A stretch of 63,701 nucleotides of DNA, filler included, from Conidiobolus incongruus B7586 (taxonomy: Eukaryota): NCBI GenBank assembly GCA_000697335.1. It is 16 parts of 16 records of this genome, joined end to end, with 100 filler letters (N's around TTAATTAATTAA, not from the genome) between each part and the next. Parts side by side here need not be neighbours in the genome. Positions count along the whole stretch, not along the records: positions 12,597 to 14,370 come from JNEM01004075.1; positions 14,471 to 16,520 come from JNEM01004076.1; positions 16,621 to 23,982 come from JNEM01004080.1; positions 24,083 to 27,076 come from JNEM01004081.1; positions 27,177 to 39,445 come from JNEM01004083.1; 11 more parts are not named here. One strand, given 5' to 3'. Made by a program: the position numbers and the translations under genes. The notes under the pieces are model-generated. The model did not search any database and had not been told where the DNA came from. It saw only the letters and a list, made by a program, of their open reading frames with translations. Shown in pieces: positions 14,301 to 29,034 of the stretch. Numbering within the stretch: the stretch's first letter is position 1; each line of letters starts with the position of its first letter.

Positions 14301-14470
14301 ATTTTTAAATAATAATAAGATACCAATTTTATATTTTGATTAATTAATACAAATATAGATTTAAATATATNNNNNNNNNNNNNNNNNNNNNNNNNNNNNN
14401 NNNNNNNNNNNNNNTTAATTAATTAANNNNNNNNNNNNNNNNNNNNNNNNNNNNNNNNNNNNNNNNNNNN

Positions 14471-16507
14471 TATATTAATTATAATTAACTATATTTAATT
14501 ATATTTTATTAACTATTGGTTAATATATCAAAACTTAAAATTTAACCAAGGTGAGTTATAAATTTATGGGTTTATATATTAAAAAGATATAAATAACAAA
14601 ATTTATATATATTTTCTTTTTTTCTTATAATATTATATATATTATAAAACTATTAAGCTAATATTTTAAAATTAATATTATAATGCATAAATCTCTCTTT
14701 AAAAAGATTCACTTATATATTAATTACCTTTATAATTAAAATAAATCAATTTGTGAGATTATTAGAATTACTAGTATTAGTTAATCTATTATAACTTGGG
14801 TTATTAAGAATAATACTAAAGAAACACCTAAACTAAAACTTAAGTATATTAAAACTATAGATAAATATAATAAAAAATATATTTGTAGATTAGTTAATAT
14901 AAATAAATATAATATTATTATAAAAATACAACAAAAATTACAAAACTATATAAGAATATATTATAATCTAAAATATTATATTAGTAATCTTTTAAGGTAT
15001 TATTAATTAAGCCAACTAGATTACTTTGCTTAAGTTACAAACAATTGATTTTATATTAATAATTTATACTTTGTTGTTAATTATCAATAACACTTTGCTT
15101 TTAATAAAACAAATAAATTTTGGTAAAAACTTAGCTACTATTATAATCAATATCAATAACATTATAAATTGCCCTTTTGCTTAAAAGAATATTAAAGAGC
15201 AAAACATCTGATATAATAACCAAATAAAAAAACTATTAAATAACAAATTAAAATTAATTAAATAATATAAAGCTAGCTTTTATTACCTCTACCTAAGTTA
15301 AAAAAAAGATAAATATTACTTTGTTTGGAAATCTATTCCTTTATATATTATCTTAGATTATACTTTATATGATAATATTAACTAAAAAGTTATTTAAGTT
15401 TACTATTAAACTAAACTTATAGTTTACTTATAAAATATTCATATTTACATATATAATACATTTTGTTAATAAAACAAGTGAATATTATAATATGTTATAT
15501 AAGCTAAATAAAGAAATATTATTTAAAAAGCTTAATAGAATATTAATTAGTATTAATACTATTATATATAATATATGTTAGAATAGATATTATTAATATT
15601 TTAAGAAAAAACACCCCTAATTAAAAAAGTTTTATTATAAAGCTAGGTAAGAGTTTAAATGCTAATATTAAAGTTGAATTAAAATTAACTAGAGTAAAGT
15701 TATTTAATCTAATAAAATAAAGATATGTTTTAATAAATTTGATAGAAAAGTTAGATGTTTCAAAAAAGATAAAGAATTATTTTATAACTATTATATTATT
15801 ATAACCTAAAAATACATTGATAGGTTAATTATAGTTTAAGGATAGATATTATCTTTAAATATAAGATATTTTTATTAGATTGATAGGGGAATTAATATTA
15901 AGTTGTATTAAAGTATTTTAAATAATAAATTAAAAAAAACTATTAAGTAAAATAAGTTAAATAGATTAAATATTATTTTTTAATAAGATAATACCCTTTA
16001 TTATACTATAAATTCTATTATTAAATGGCTTAAAATAACAAAATAATTATTATAAAATAACCTCTTTAATTTCTTAATTTTAACCCAATTGAATATTTTT
16101 GAGATCAACTAAAAAAATTAATTAAAACTTTCCTTTTAATAAAAAATTTAAATTAACTTTAAGAGTATATTTAAGAAGCTTAGAATAATATTAGTTTTGC
16201 TTAATATAAAAAGCTAATTAACTCTATATCTCATAAACTTAAAAAATTTAAAAAAGCAAAAGATGGATATATTAGATATTAATTTTTCTATCAATACCAA
16301 AACCTATAAATTTATATCTCATCTTATATATACTTTTAGTTTTAATAAATCAATTAACAATTAATTAAATTTAATATTAAAAACTATATTATAAATAAAA
16401 AATATATATTAATTACATAATTTAATATAAATTTATTTAAATTAGAATTGATTTTAATAAAAATATTTATATTTTTAATTTTATTAACTTATTTTTATAG
16501 GCTAGTA
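14471..16507 (+). mobile_element. Tc1-like transposon, hypermutated, copy B (5' end lost in gap; carries a nested insert)
   Basis: Colinear with 62174-63701. Decayed WSKVIWSDE (about 15690-15717) and WPxxSPDLNPIE (about 16058-16093) motifs. Right TIR acttatttttataggctagta is followed by TA. Confidence 0.85.
14960..15536. mobile_element. 577-bp unclassified insertion inside Tc1 copy B
   Basis: Absent from the other Tc1 copies. Flanked by direct repeat AGAATAT (14953-14959, 15537-15543), which is single-copy (ggaatat) in copy E. Confidence 0.6.
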
Positions 16508-16620
16508 TATATATATATATNNNNNNNNNNNNNNNNNNNNNNNNNNNNNNNNNNNNNNNNNNNNTTAATTAATTAANNNNNNNNNNNNNNNNNNNNNNNN
16601 NNNNNNNNNNNNNNNNNNNN

Positions 16621-16915
16621 ATAAATAACATTAAATTATTTAATAAACTAGGTTTTTCTTTTCCTTTTAATTTTTACTATCTTTTATTATTTTCATTATT
16701 TCTGAGATTAAAACTATTTCCTATTAATATCATAATATATTAACACTACCTAATATAAATCTTAATATATTATTGACTTATTTTAATTTAAAGCTTAATT
16801 AAACTTTATTTATATTTGCACATTATAACTATATTATAATATTATATTTTATATCACACTACTCCTATACTAAGTATTCCTTTATATTATATTAGTATTT
16901 ACTACTATACTTATA
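16621..16915 (+). repeat. 5' LTR of gypsy element (5' part lost in gap)
   Basis: Aligns to about 21917-22206 and to the 3' part of solo LTR 51293-51691. Confidence 0.85.
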
Positions 16916-19900
16916 TAGTAGCAATGATAAAACTATTAAAAACCTATTAGAAATTAATGATTACCTATATTAAATCTATTTATTACTATTTTAAATCTTT
17001 TTTATAACTTATTTTATTTTAATTTAATATTATACACTATAATACCACTAAAAAAAGATACCTTTATATTATTTTAATGATGATAATAGCTTAACTATTA
17101 AGTAAATCTAAAACTTTAGTTTTTAAAAGCTTATTACCCTTAAAGAAGCTTATATTAAACAACTTCTGATTGAGAAAAATATAACTTAAAAAGCTTCTCT
17201 AACAAACTAGTTATTTCACTATAGTTAATATATTACACTATCTCTTTAGTGTTTTTAAAAACAAATTAACTAATTATAATAGTTTTAAAAACCTTTACAA
17301 GTTTAAAAACTATCTTAAAAATATAAAAAATTATTTTGATTTAATTTTTAATAAGGATTAAAAGAATATCTTTAAATCAACTACTTTTTTTAGAAAAATC
17401 TATTTATACTTAGTAGTTAACTCATTACAAACTTAATCCTAAAGACATTTTAGGGGAATAATCTACTACAAGAATATAAACCTTTAAATAATTAAAAAAA
17501 GCCTTTAAAGAAAGATATTACCTAAAAAATTAAGTTTAATTAATAAGAGAAAAGCTTTCCCAACTTAAATCAAAAACTTCTATAAGGTAATTGATTAAGA
17601 AATTTAATGAGATATATTTAAATATATTAAATATTACTAAAGAAAAACAAATCTATAAATTATTACAATATCTTAACCTATAAATAAAACTCTAGTTAGT
17701 TAACACAGAATATTTTAATAATATGTTTTTTTTAACATTTGTGATATAATAATTGTAATTAATAATATCTTTTATTCTATAACTAAATTTTTTCATCCTA
17801 AGAATTTATCTTTTAAAACTTACTTTAACTTACTTAAATCTTAAATGATAAATATTTCTGCTTTAAAGCTTTATAAGAAAACATTTAGTAAAGAAGTTAA
17901 AGCTTACTTAAGAGTAAATAAAAATTGCTACTATTGCTAAAAAACACAAGTTAATTATAAAGTTGATAAGTGTTTTCTCAAGAAGAAATATTTATTTAAT
18001 TCTCAATAATCTTAATCTACTAACCACAAATCAAACCTGAATAATATTAATATATTTTAAAATCACTTCTTTTATAATTAGTTAGCAGATTTTAATTTAA
18101 TCCATAAAAGTTTTAATAGATTAATGATTCTATAAATTAAATTATATATACTAGAGAAATTTAACTAATTAAATTACTAAAAACTAAAAATATTCTAGTA
18201 ACTAATCTATCTTATAATTTTTTACCTTTAATTATCACTTTATTATTTATTTTAACTAGATATTTTATAAATATATTTATTAATGTTTTAATTAAATTTA
18301 GTTATTTTAATTCTATTATCTTTTTTTTTTATTATTGTAAAATTTTCTTTATCTATTTAAAAAAGCAGCTTAATAATTAAATATGCTAATAATTTAATAG
18401 AACAGACATTTAACATTATATATAAATATTTATTATTATTTCTTAACTACTCTTAATATATTAAATTCCTAATTAGTAACATTAGTTATAATTTTATATT
18501 AGGTTAAAATTAGTTTAATTACTATAATTTTTTATCTATAAATATTACTTTATAAAATCACAAATTTATTTCTTTTATATTTTAAAAGAAATTAGTAGAG
18601 TTAATCTTAAAAAATTTATATTACTTTATTATAAAACTACTAAATACTTTATTCAATACTAACTCTATAATTATGTTTAATAATTTTATTTTTATAAGCA
18701 AAAACTATTATAAAAAACTGATTAAAAACTTTAATAATTTATAAAGATATATATTTATTTATTATTTATTTAATAATATTTTATCTATTAATTTCAATAA
18801 AGTTATAACTAATAATCATTTCTTATATAATATAATAAGATAATTTGCTAATATTTTTAAACTTATAAGTAAATTACCTCTTAAACATAATATTAAATAT
18901 AAAATTAAACTCCTTTTAGGTATATAACTATACTTAAAGTTTATTTATCATTTATCTCCTAAATAATTTCAAACTTTAAAAAAAGAAATCTAAATATTAT
19001 TTCAAAATAGATATATTAAACTATTTTCTTTACTATAAAACTCTTTTATCTTCTTTATATAAAAGGTTAATAGTAGTTGAAGATTATGTATTAATAACTA
19101 TGTTTTAAACTTTAAAATTATTAAAAATTATTAAAAATAAAACTTAATTACTAAACTTATATAATATTAAGGATAAACTACTTAAATCTACTATATTCAT
19201 TAAATTAAATGTTAAAAATAATTATTATAATATTAAAGTTAAAGAAAATTCTATTTTTTTAATTATTTTCAATATTTTATTAAGTTATTATAAATTTATT
19301 GTTATAAATTTTAAATTATATAGTACCTTTATAATTTTTACTTAATTTATCAATTCCCTTTTCAACCTTGTTTTTAATAACTTTATTATTATTTACTTTA
19401 TTGATATTTTAATTTATTTAAAAACTAAAGAAAAATATATCTAATATGTTAATTAAGTCTTGCAAATTATTCAAAAATATAAACACTTTTAAAGTGATTA
19501 AAATACATTTTTACTGTTTTTTATCTTGTTTTATAGTTATATTATATCTTCTTAAGGAATTAACATTGATTTAATTAAACTTAATAGTGTAAAAGCTTTT
19601 ATTATACTTATAAACAAAGATTAACTTATGTTTATACTTAAATTATTAAATTACTTTAAAGATTTCATTAATTTTTTTATTAAACTTATAACTCTTCTAA
19701 CTAATCTCAAGAAAAAATTCTCTTTTTGAATAAACCCCACTATATATTTTTTGTATAAATGTTTTAATTTTCTATATTACCAATGCTTTTGCTTTATTTA
19801 TTTTTGATTTTTAACTACCTATTATTATTTTTATTAACTTTAGTTTTTTTGTAATTAGTAGATAGTTAATTTAATTTAAATTTATATTTTACCCCTTAAC

Positions 19901-21814
19901 TATAAGATAAAATAGTAAATAAAAAAAATAGGTTAAGTTTAACCTTATAAATATTACCTTAAAGCTTATAATATTCTAGTTAAGAAAAATAAAGCTAGTT
20001 AAGCTAAAATATCTAGTTTATAAATAAAAACTCTTTACTTTAGTAAAATAATCAAAAATCATTTATATTTTTTGTTTTATAATTTTTTCTTAGTATTTGT
20101 AGATTATAAATCATTTATCTACTTAAACACTTAAAAATATTTATTAAAAAGATAAGTTAAATAGATTAAGACTATTTAAGTTATTTTTTCTTTATCTAAT
20201 ATCTCTTAGGTTAATAAAATTATATTATAGATACTTTATCAAGAAATCTTACATATCTACCTTTTTATTCTAATTACAAAAACCTAATAGATATTAACTT
20301 AATGATTAATAATAAAATAAATAAAGAATTTATTAAACTACTTTAAGAAACACTATTAAATAATGATTATTTTATTTTAATTAAAGAAAAACTCTCTAAA
20401 CCATTAAAAAACTAATTAAAATATGTTAAAAGATTTAAAATCATTGATAGCTTACTATATTATAATAATTATTTATATGTCCCTAATATTCTTAAAATCT
20501 AACTAGTAATATTTAATGAATATTATAACTTACCTATTAGAAAATATTAAAACTAGTTAAAAATTATTGAGAGAATTAAAATAAAGTATTACTAACCCTT
20601 TTTAATTAAATTAATTTAGAAATACACTAATACCTGTGATATATGCTAAAGAATTAAATATAATTCCCAACTAAAATATAATAAACTTATTCTTTTATAA
20701 GTCCCTAATAAAACTTAATAACAAATCTAACTTAAATTCATAGAAATTTTTAAATCAACAATTAATTATAATAATTTACTAATTGTAATTAATTTATTCC
20801 TTAAATATGTTTATTTTATTTTTTATTTTAAAACTTTTATAATTAAAGATGTTATATAATTATTATTCTCTAATTTCTTTACTTATTATAAAATTCTACA
20901 TACTATTATATTTAATAGAGATATACAATTCAACTCTTAATTTTAGAAGTTACTATCTTTTTCCTTTAAGATTAATCTAACACTATCTATTATTAATTAT
21001 TATTAAACTAATAGACTTATTAAAAGAACTATTAAAACCCTAAAGTAAATGATTAAAACTTATATTAACATTAATTAGTTAAATTAAAATATTTATATCT
21101 ACCAACTTTAATATTTATTTAATATTTTTATTAACAAATTAACATGTTTTAACCTTTATTTTATCAATTATAATAAATATCCTAACTTAATAATTTCTCT
21201 AAAACTTTAAATCAACTTATCTTTAAATGTTGTTAAATTTCAATCTAATATTAAATATATTAATTCCCTTATTAAATTTAACTTAGAAAATTAAAAGATT
21301 ATAAAATAATAATATTTAAAGTTATTTAAGAATTTTCTTAAATATAAAACTAGTATATTTATATATTTAGAATAATTTACCCTCAAACCTATCTTACTTA
21401 AATCTAACTTAAATTTAAAATACTTGCTATTATATTATAATTCCTATAAAATTTAATCTATTAATTTAAATTTTGAAAATATTACTTTAGAATTATTTTT
21501 AACTTTAAGGATCAACTTTACCTTTTATATATCTAAAATCAAACTTTATTTTGAAGATTTTAATACTTTTCTTAATTGATTAAAAACTTTTAAAAAAAGA
21601 TTTAATTATTAAGATAAAGAAAAAAATACTATATTAATTATATAATTAAATTTAAATCTATTAGGAATAAGTTTTATTTCTAAATAAAATAAATAAATTA
21701 TCTTATTAAAAAAGCTATATAAGAACCCTTAAAAAATATAAGAATATTTTAACTTATTATATTTATTTATAAATATTTAAGGAGTATGTTTTTTTAAGAA
21801 ACTTATTAGAGGAG

Positions 21815-22206
21815 TATTTAGACACTAACTTTTTAAATTCTTATATATAATTTCATATAATTTAATTAACTATAAAATATATAATTAATTTATATTTTTA
21901 TAACTAAATTAATTCTATAAATAATATTAAATTATCTAATAAACTAGGTTTCTTTTTTTTAATTCTTATTATCTCTTATTTTTTTTATTATTTCTAAAAT
22001 TAAAACTTATTCTATTAATATTATAGTATATTAACATTACTTAATATAAATTTTAATATATTAGTAACTTATCTTAGTTTAAGGCTTAATTAAACTTTAT
22101 TTATATTTGCACATTACAGTTATATTATAATATTATATTTTATATCATATTACTTTTATACTAAGTTTTCCTCTATACTATATTAGTATTTACTATTATA
22201 TTTATA
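21815..22206 (+). repeat. 3' LTR of gypsy element
   Basis: Aligns end to end with solo LTR 51293-51691; the terminal TG..CA has decayed to TA..TA. Confidence 0.85.
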
Positions 22207-22211
22207 ACTAT

Positions 22212-22478
22212 TATATTTAAATCTTTTTTTAAAAAAATTAATCTATATATTTATTAACTTTACAAACAATAAATTAACTTATAATATTATTAGAATTACT
22301 AATATTAGTTATTTTATTATAATTAAAGTTATTAAAAATAATAATAATGATATATTTAAACTTAAACTTAAGAAAGTTAAGATTATAAATAAATATAATA
22401 ACAAATATATTTATAAATTAGTTAATATAAACAAATAAATTATTATTATAAAAATATAATTCAAATTATAAAATTATA
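22212..22478 (+). mobile_element. Fragment of an older Tc1-like copy (apparent host of the gypsy and of copy C)
   Basis: Aligns to about 14680-14950 and about 62495-62765 (5' part of the transposase region). Confidence 0.7.
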
Positions 22479-23982
22479 TATTAAATTTTAAAAGTAAATT
22501 ATAAAATCAAAAACACATATATATTTATTAATAACTTAATTAATATTTAATAAAATAAACTTAAATTAAATAATTAAAATCTATTATATTTATTAATAAT
22601 ATATATCATTTAATAATAATATTTAGTTATTAATTGATTAAAATATAAACTCTTAAATTTTACTTAAGATAAATTATAAATTTGTAGGTTTTTGATGATA
22701 AAAAAAAATTAAAACTTAGTGTATTTATCTTTAGCTTTTTTAACTTTTTTAAGTTTATAAGGTATAGAATCAACTAACTTCTTATATTAAAAAGGGTTAA
22801 TCTTGTTTTATGCTTCTTAAACATATTTTTAAAGCTGATTTAAATTTTTTACTAGGGGGAAAGTTTTAATAGCTTTTTTTAATTGATTTTAAAGATATTT
22901 AATTAAGTTAAGATAAAGAGATTAAAAAACTACTTTATAACTATTATTTTGTGATTTTTAAGCTATTTGGTAATAAAAGTTATAATATAATAAGAAGTAT
23001 TATTTTACTAGAAGATAACATAAGATTTGTTTAACTTATATTATTCAATGGTTTTTGAAATTTATTATTTAAAATATTTTAATATATTTCAATATTAATT
23101 CCCCTATTAACTTTATAAAGATATTTTACATCTAAAGATAATATATATCTTTAAACAATAATTAACCCATCATTGTATTTTTAGATAGAATTAACATAAT
23201 GGTTATAAAATAGTTTTAAATCTTTTTTAAAATATCTAGCTTTTTTATTAAATTTACTAAAATATATTTTTGCTTTATTAAACTAAAGAACTTTACTTTA
23301 TTTAGTTTTAATTTAATATTAATAATGATATTTAAACTTTTACTAAGTTTTATAATAGGATTTCTTTAGTTAAAAATGTTTTTTCTCAAAATATAAGTAG
23401 TATCTATGCTAATATAATATATATATAATAATATTAATATTAACTAATATTTTTGTATAGTCTTATAGTTCCTGTTATATTTCTATAATAATACTATACT
23501 TACCAATGTTAATTAACCTACAAATATACTTTTTATTATATTTATCTATAATCTTAACATACTTAAATTTAAGTTTAAATGTGTTTTTATTGCTATTCTT
23601 AACAGCTTTAACTATAGTAAATTAGCTAACACTAATAATTCTAATAATATCACAAGTTAATTGACTTTTTATATAAAGTTAATTAATATATAAATAGATT
23701 TTTTTAGAGAGGAATTTAAGTATAATAATACTAATAAAAAAAATTTAATATATCTATAAAATATTATATAAAATAATAACAAAAAAAGAAAAAAGATATG
23801 GTTATATATTATGGAATATATCCTTTTATCTTAAAAATTTATAAATTTATAATTCAGCTTAGTTAAATATTAAGGGTTAATATATTTGCTAATAATTTAC
23901 TAAATATATTTAAATATATTTATTTATTATCAAAAAATATATTTTAATTATATATTATAGTCTCAAGTAATCTAATATATAT
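22479..23982 (-). mobile_element. Tc1-like transposon, hypermutated, copy C (other end lost in gap)
   Basis: Decayed TIR tattaaattttaaaagtaaattataaaatcaaaaa follows a TA; colinear with 1-1490 and 47705-49205. Confidence 0.85.
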
Positions 23983-24179
23983 NNNNNNNNNNNNNNNNNN
24001 NNNNNNNNNNNNNNNNNNNNNNNNNNTTAATTAATTAANNNNNNNNNNNNNNNNNNNNNNNNNNNNNNNNNNNNNNNNNNNNAAAGTAAAAATAAATTAA
24101 AAAAGTTATTATATTTAATACATTCATTAGATTATAATTTATATCATAATAACTATATAGATAATTAGAAAATATATTA

Positions 24180-24320
24180 ATAACAAAGAAAATTTCAATA
24201 AATTTATTTGATTTATAAAATATCAAATTTAAGTCTTTAATATAAAAATATCTAAATATTATAAGCTTGCCAAAGGTATAATAAAAAGTTATTGATAATA
24301 GTTCAAAATATTAATTCTTT
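24180..24320. repeat. Unclassified degenerate dispersed repeat (related segment at about 49915-50065)
   Basis: Shared blocks aaagaaaatttc, tttataaaatatcaaattt(a/t)agtctttaata and tataa(t/c)aaaaagttatt occur in the same order at both loci. Confidence 0.5.
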
Positions 24321-25689
24321 TAAATTATTTTTTATATATTCTATATGAGATTTTATATTTAAATTTGTTTTCAAAAGTATGCTATTATTTAATTCTGGAG
24401 TAATAATATTAAAAAATTAATTATGAATATTATTCTCATTGTCAATATTCTAATATTAATAAATATTATATTTAATTTGTTAGTACTTTTGGATCTTATT
24501 TTGATTTAATTTTCAATTATGTTTTAAACTATATCATCTTGACAAAATATGATATTAAGTCAATTGAATTCAAATTAATATTAGTATTATGTATTTTTGA
24601 GTTTTTGACAGATAAATTATTTAATATTGGGTTTACTGCTAGTTGGATCCGAATACTTTATCATGCTATTTTAATGGCTTTATGCAATAAATTACAAGAT
24701 TTGAAATCACACTCGGTTCAATATATTCAATTATAAGATATACAATTGTATGCCGCAAAATTGTAACGTGCTTAAAGTTCTGGATAATCGTGCTACTTTT
24801 TGCGATCACTCCTATCACTATGCTATATACCCACGATTTGATCAGTTTGGATACTAATCCATCGTCATCTTATTTCATTGTAAATCCTATACAAAACCAA
24901 GTAAAATCTAATTAATAATGCCAGCAATTATCCTATTTTTAACCCTTATCCCTCGCTGTACAACCATATTAAATTATCTTTCAATTTGGTTAAACAGCAT
25001 GCAAGAAATTGAATATATTCATTAGTGATATAATAATTAATAAAAATCATGATCTATTAGGAGTAATTAAGGTACAAAAAAGGAACATTTCTATTCAACT
25101 AAATATTATATTTTATAGTTAAAGCTAAAATTCTTACATAATTATATGATATTTTAAAATATGCTAAAGATTATAAACGATCTCCAAAAGTAAATAATAT
25201 CATATTTATTTCGATTTTAACGTTGCTTTCCCTTAATTCGGTAATAACTTTTTTAATCGAAACCAAACAATGGAATATTATATTTTGTATTGACATAAAG
25301 AGCCAAATAAATATGAGCATTAATGAATATATTTAAATTAATCAAATCAATGAATTGGTCCAGTTTTAAATTATTAATCGTTGATATTAGCAATTTTATC
25401 AATGTGTGACCAAATCTAAAAAATGCTACTAACGTTGCACATTTTCTCACGTTTTACAGGTATTCCATTAATATTTTAAAATTAAATATAATTAATGGTC
25501 CAATGAAATGAAATGAATATGAATTGCACCATAATTGTTATGATAAATTTTACAATTTCTTTAAAATATGTTCGAATATAAGCCAATGATCAGGATTTTT
25601 TGGGTGATGGTATCATTGGGTATGAAGTATATAAAAATAAGTGATCAAGATTAATCGAATAATTATTCATTCTGTTTAATTTTTAAATA

Positions 25690-26184
25690 ATGGCCATTAC
25701 AAAAGAAATTGCTACATTAGCTGGAGGTTGCTTTTGGGGTGTCGAGCACTACTTCAAAAAAGAATTCGGTAATAGATTGATCAGCACGACAGTAGGATAT
25801 GCGGGCGGCGACGAGGTGAATCCAGCTTATGAAACTGTGAAAACTGGCACTACTAAACATGCTGAAGCTGTCCAAATCGAATATGACCCCAACCAAGTCA
25901 CATACGAAGAACTCGTCACCTACTTCTGGCGCATCCACGATCCTACAACACCTAACCAACAACTTGAAGATATTGGACCCCAATACAGATCTGTTATTTT
26001 CTACCATAACGAAGCTCAGAGACAAATTGCCGAAGAAGTTAAAGTTAAAGTGCAGCCTAAGATTCCTAAACCTATCGTCACGGAGATTACGGAATTCAAG
26101 AATTTTTACAGAGCTGAAGACTACCATCAAAATTATTTAGAAAATAATCCAACTGGTTGGTGTGTGCATCGAATTTATTGGTAA
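25690..26184 (+). CDS. msrA: Peptide methionine sulfoxide reductase A (164 aa, intronless)
   Basis: GCFWG active site, GYAGG, HAE, GPQYRS, AEDYHQNY motifs and a C-terminal GWC Cys. TATA at about 25629 and CCAAT boxes at 25583 and 25615 (reverse). Confidence 0.97.
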   Translation: MAITKEIATLAGGCFWGVEHYFKKEFGNRLISTTVGYAGGDEVNPAYETVKTGTTKHAEAVQIEYDPNQVTYEELVTYFWRIHDPTTPNQQLEDIGPQYRSVIFYHNEAQRQIAEEVKVKVQPKIPKPIVTEITEFKNFYRAEDYHQNYLENNPTGWCVHRIYW

Positions 26185-29034
26185 TTAAGTGATATTAGTA
26201 TAGATTATTAATATCTTTTATAAAATTAAAATGTATTTAATAAAAATAATATAATCTATTTTTTTACTTTTTAATACGTTATTGAAATTATTTAATTTTA
26301 AAATAAACAACAATTTGGCATTTAGTTGATAATTAGTTAATATTATAATTTTTACTTATATATATTTTATTTTTTGATTAATCAACCATTAAATTATTCA
26401 AAAATGAACATTGATAAATGTTTACCAATATTATAGAAATAATAATATTTTTAAATTGATTATTAATTTGATATAAATATAATAATTATTGAAAATTAAA
26501 TAATGGCAAATATTTGTTCAAAAAGAAAAATATGATAGATTTTTTTAATTTGTGATTTTTCAAGCTAATTATTAATTTTGAATCATTAATTATATATAGA
26601 ATAAATAAAAATATTAATATTTCCAAACTATATAAATATATATATATCATTCATAATTATTATTTATTAAAATATTTTTAATTAAAAGTTTAAGCTTTAA
26701 TTTAATTATATTTAAACTAGATAGTGATTATCAAAAGTCTTTTATTTGAATATTATTAAAACTTAGGAATAAATCCTTTAAAATAAATTATAATATACAA
26801 ATAAGTTAGAGTAATAATATTTTATTCAAAATTGCCATTTATTATTATATTTATTATTCTAAACCTAAAACAATTATTATATAAAATTTACTTATATTTA
26901 AAAGATTAATTTTATTTTTCATTTTTACTTATTAAAAAAATAAAAAAATATATAAAGAAATTTTTTATTTTATTTAAAAACTATATAAGTAGTTTAATAT
27001 CAATTATATAAATATATTATATATATCAATGTTTAATCTTAGATTAATAAATAAAAATATAAAATATATACCATATNNNNNNNNNNNNNNNNNNNNNNNN
27101 NNNNNNNNNNNNNNNNNNNNTTAATTAATTAANNNNNNNNNNNNNNNNNNNNNNNNNNNNNNNNNNNNNNNNNNNNTATAATAATAAAATTATTAATTAT
27201 ATTTTTTGTATTATATATATCATAAATTTATCTTTTAAATATTTCCTATAGATCAATCAAATTATATATATAAGATAAGAAATATTTCTTTTAATTTACT
27301 TAAATTATTTGATTAAAATTTTTGATACTTTGATTAAATATCAAAAAAATATTTCAAAATATTCTATATTAAAATTCTTAAAATATATTAATATTTCAAG
27401 ATTTTATAAAATTAAATTTAAAAAATTAATAAATGATATATATATTATTAAAAAAAATGATTGATTAGATTATATTATATATAGTGTATAAAATTAATAC
27501 TTAATTATTTTATATTGTTATAAAATTATTATTGAAATATATAAAGATATATAATAATAAAATTAGTAATTAACCATATTTAAAATCTGTAAAAGAAATG
27601 ATTGTTCAATATTTAAAATATTTATAATATTAAAAATAAGACTTTTAAAACATAATTTTTGAATTTGGTAATTTAATTTAATATTAATATAATAATAAAG
27701 TTTCCAATTATCAAAGTTATGAATTTACTTATGAAAATACTTTTTTTAATTAGATAATCGAATATTCTATATTTATATTACAAAATAGTAATGAATATAT
27801 ATATTAATAAAACAAGTCTTTAATCAAATGAACAATATCATATAAAAAATATTAAGGGTTTATTATTGATTTATCATTAACTTATTTTTAATTAATATTA
27901 TAATATAATAGAAATAATATTAATATTGTATAAAGAAAAATATATTGTATTATTTTTTATAGCAAGTTAATATATCAATAAGCAAAATTTATTTAAGTAT
28001 TATAAACAAATATGTTAACAGAAATATATTAGACTAAATATTAGAATGATCAATATATTATAATAATGATAAATATTTTTTTGATCTTAGGAATATTGAA
28101 TAAACGTTTAAGATGGTAAGATAGGAAAAAATATTTACTAGTTAAGTTAATAATACTTAAGTAAATAAATTAACTCTAGAAATATATATTACTTGATTGA
28201 TTTACAAAACAAATAATGATAAAGATTTATATTCAAGAATTTTCAGAACTAGTCTCTTAGCTAATAAAAAATTTAACAATTTTTTTTGAACAAAAAAGAC
28301 CAAAATTATCTAAATAGTTTGATAAATCCTTAAATAATTGTAAATGAATATCGCTATTAATATAAACTATATAAAATCTATCATAATCTTGATTGATCAG
28401 ATTTAGTTATATTTTATTGTTGTTGATTAATTGTCATCATATATATTAGGTTTTTTCTTCGTAAGAAAAATGATAATAGTATTAAAAATAATTTAAATTT
28501 TCTTTAGCATTTCTAGTTGATATTATTTTTGCAATATATATCATTAAGATTAAAATAGCCAATTTCCACAAGAATAACATATTTGTGTTGAAATTGATAT
28601 ATATCTATCTATCTATTTTAATATCAGATACCAAATATAATCAACATAACCAATTATAAAATCAATTTCAATTATAACCTATAAAGTTGAAGTGTAATTA
28701 AGTTACTATATGATATATTAATTATCAAATTGATCAATTTCAGAATGAATTAACATTAAAATCTTATTATAGTAAAATTTTTAAAATTTACATTATATAA
28801 TCCAAATATTTAAATTATTTTCTTGTTCAATTTATTTTATGACCAATTAAAATACGAATATTAAATATAAATAAATTAGTGTCATATGATCGAAAAAAAA
28901 ATTTTTCCATATGGTAAAAATTACTAATTGCATAAAAGAATTGATTATATGGATCAGATGATAATTGGGTATAAATACTTTGATCTTATCTACATCATTG
29001 ATTTAAAAAAATTAAATTTTAAATCAAAGTAAAA

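Larger units (their letters stand above)
16621..22206 (+). mobile_element. Ty3/gypsy LTR retrotransposon, hypermutated, no intact ORF
   Basis: Paired LTRs; PBS remnant tagtagcaat at 16916; purine tract agaggag before the 3' LTR. Decayed RT (WRLCIDY about 19078; FTKLD about 19196; YLDDILIY about 19390) precedes integrase (KYYWP about 20584; CDICQ about 20635; SDRDTQF about 20910; QTDGLTER about 21007). Possible chromodomain remnant about 21695-21740. Confidence 0.9.

Noticed and set aside
25717..26140. ORFs 25717-26130 (-) and 25859-26140 (+); likewise 37080-37295, 37731-38069, 41361-41567, 55183-55392 and 55579-55767
   Set aside because: Antisense or alternate-frame shadows of well-supported genes.
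25690..26184. msrA as a selenoprotein (Sec-MsrA occurs in some early-diverging fungi)
   Set aside because: The catalytic codon is TGC (Cys), there is no in-frame TGA, and the 3' region is featureless AT-rich DNA.
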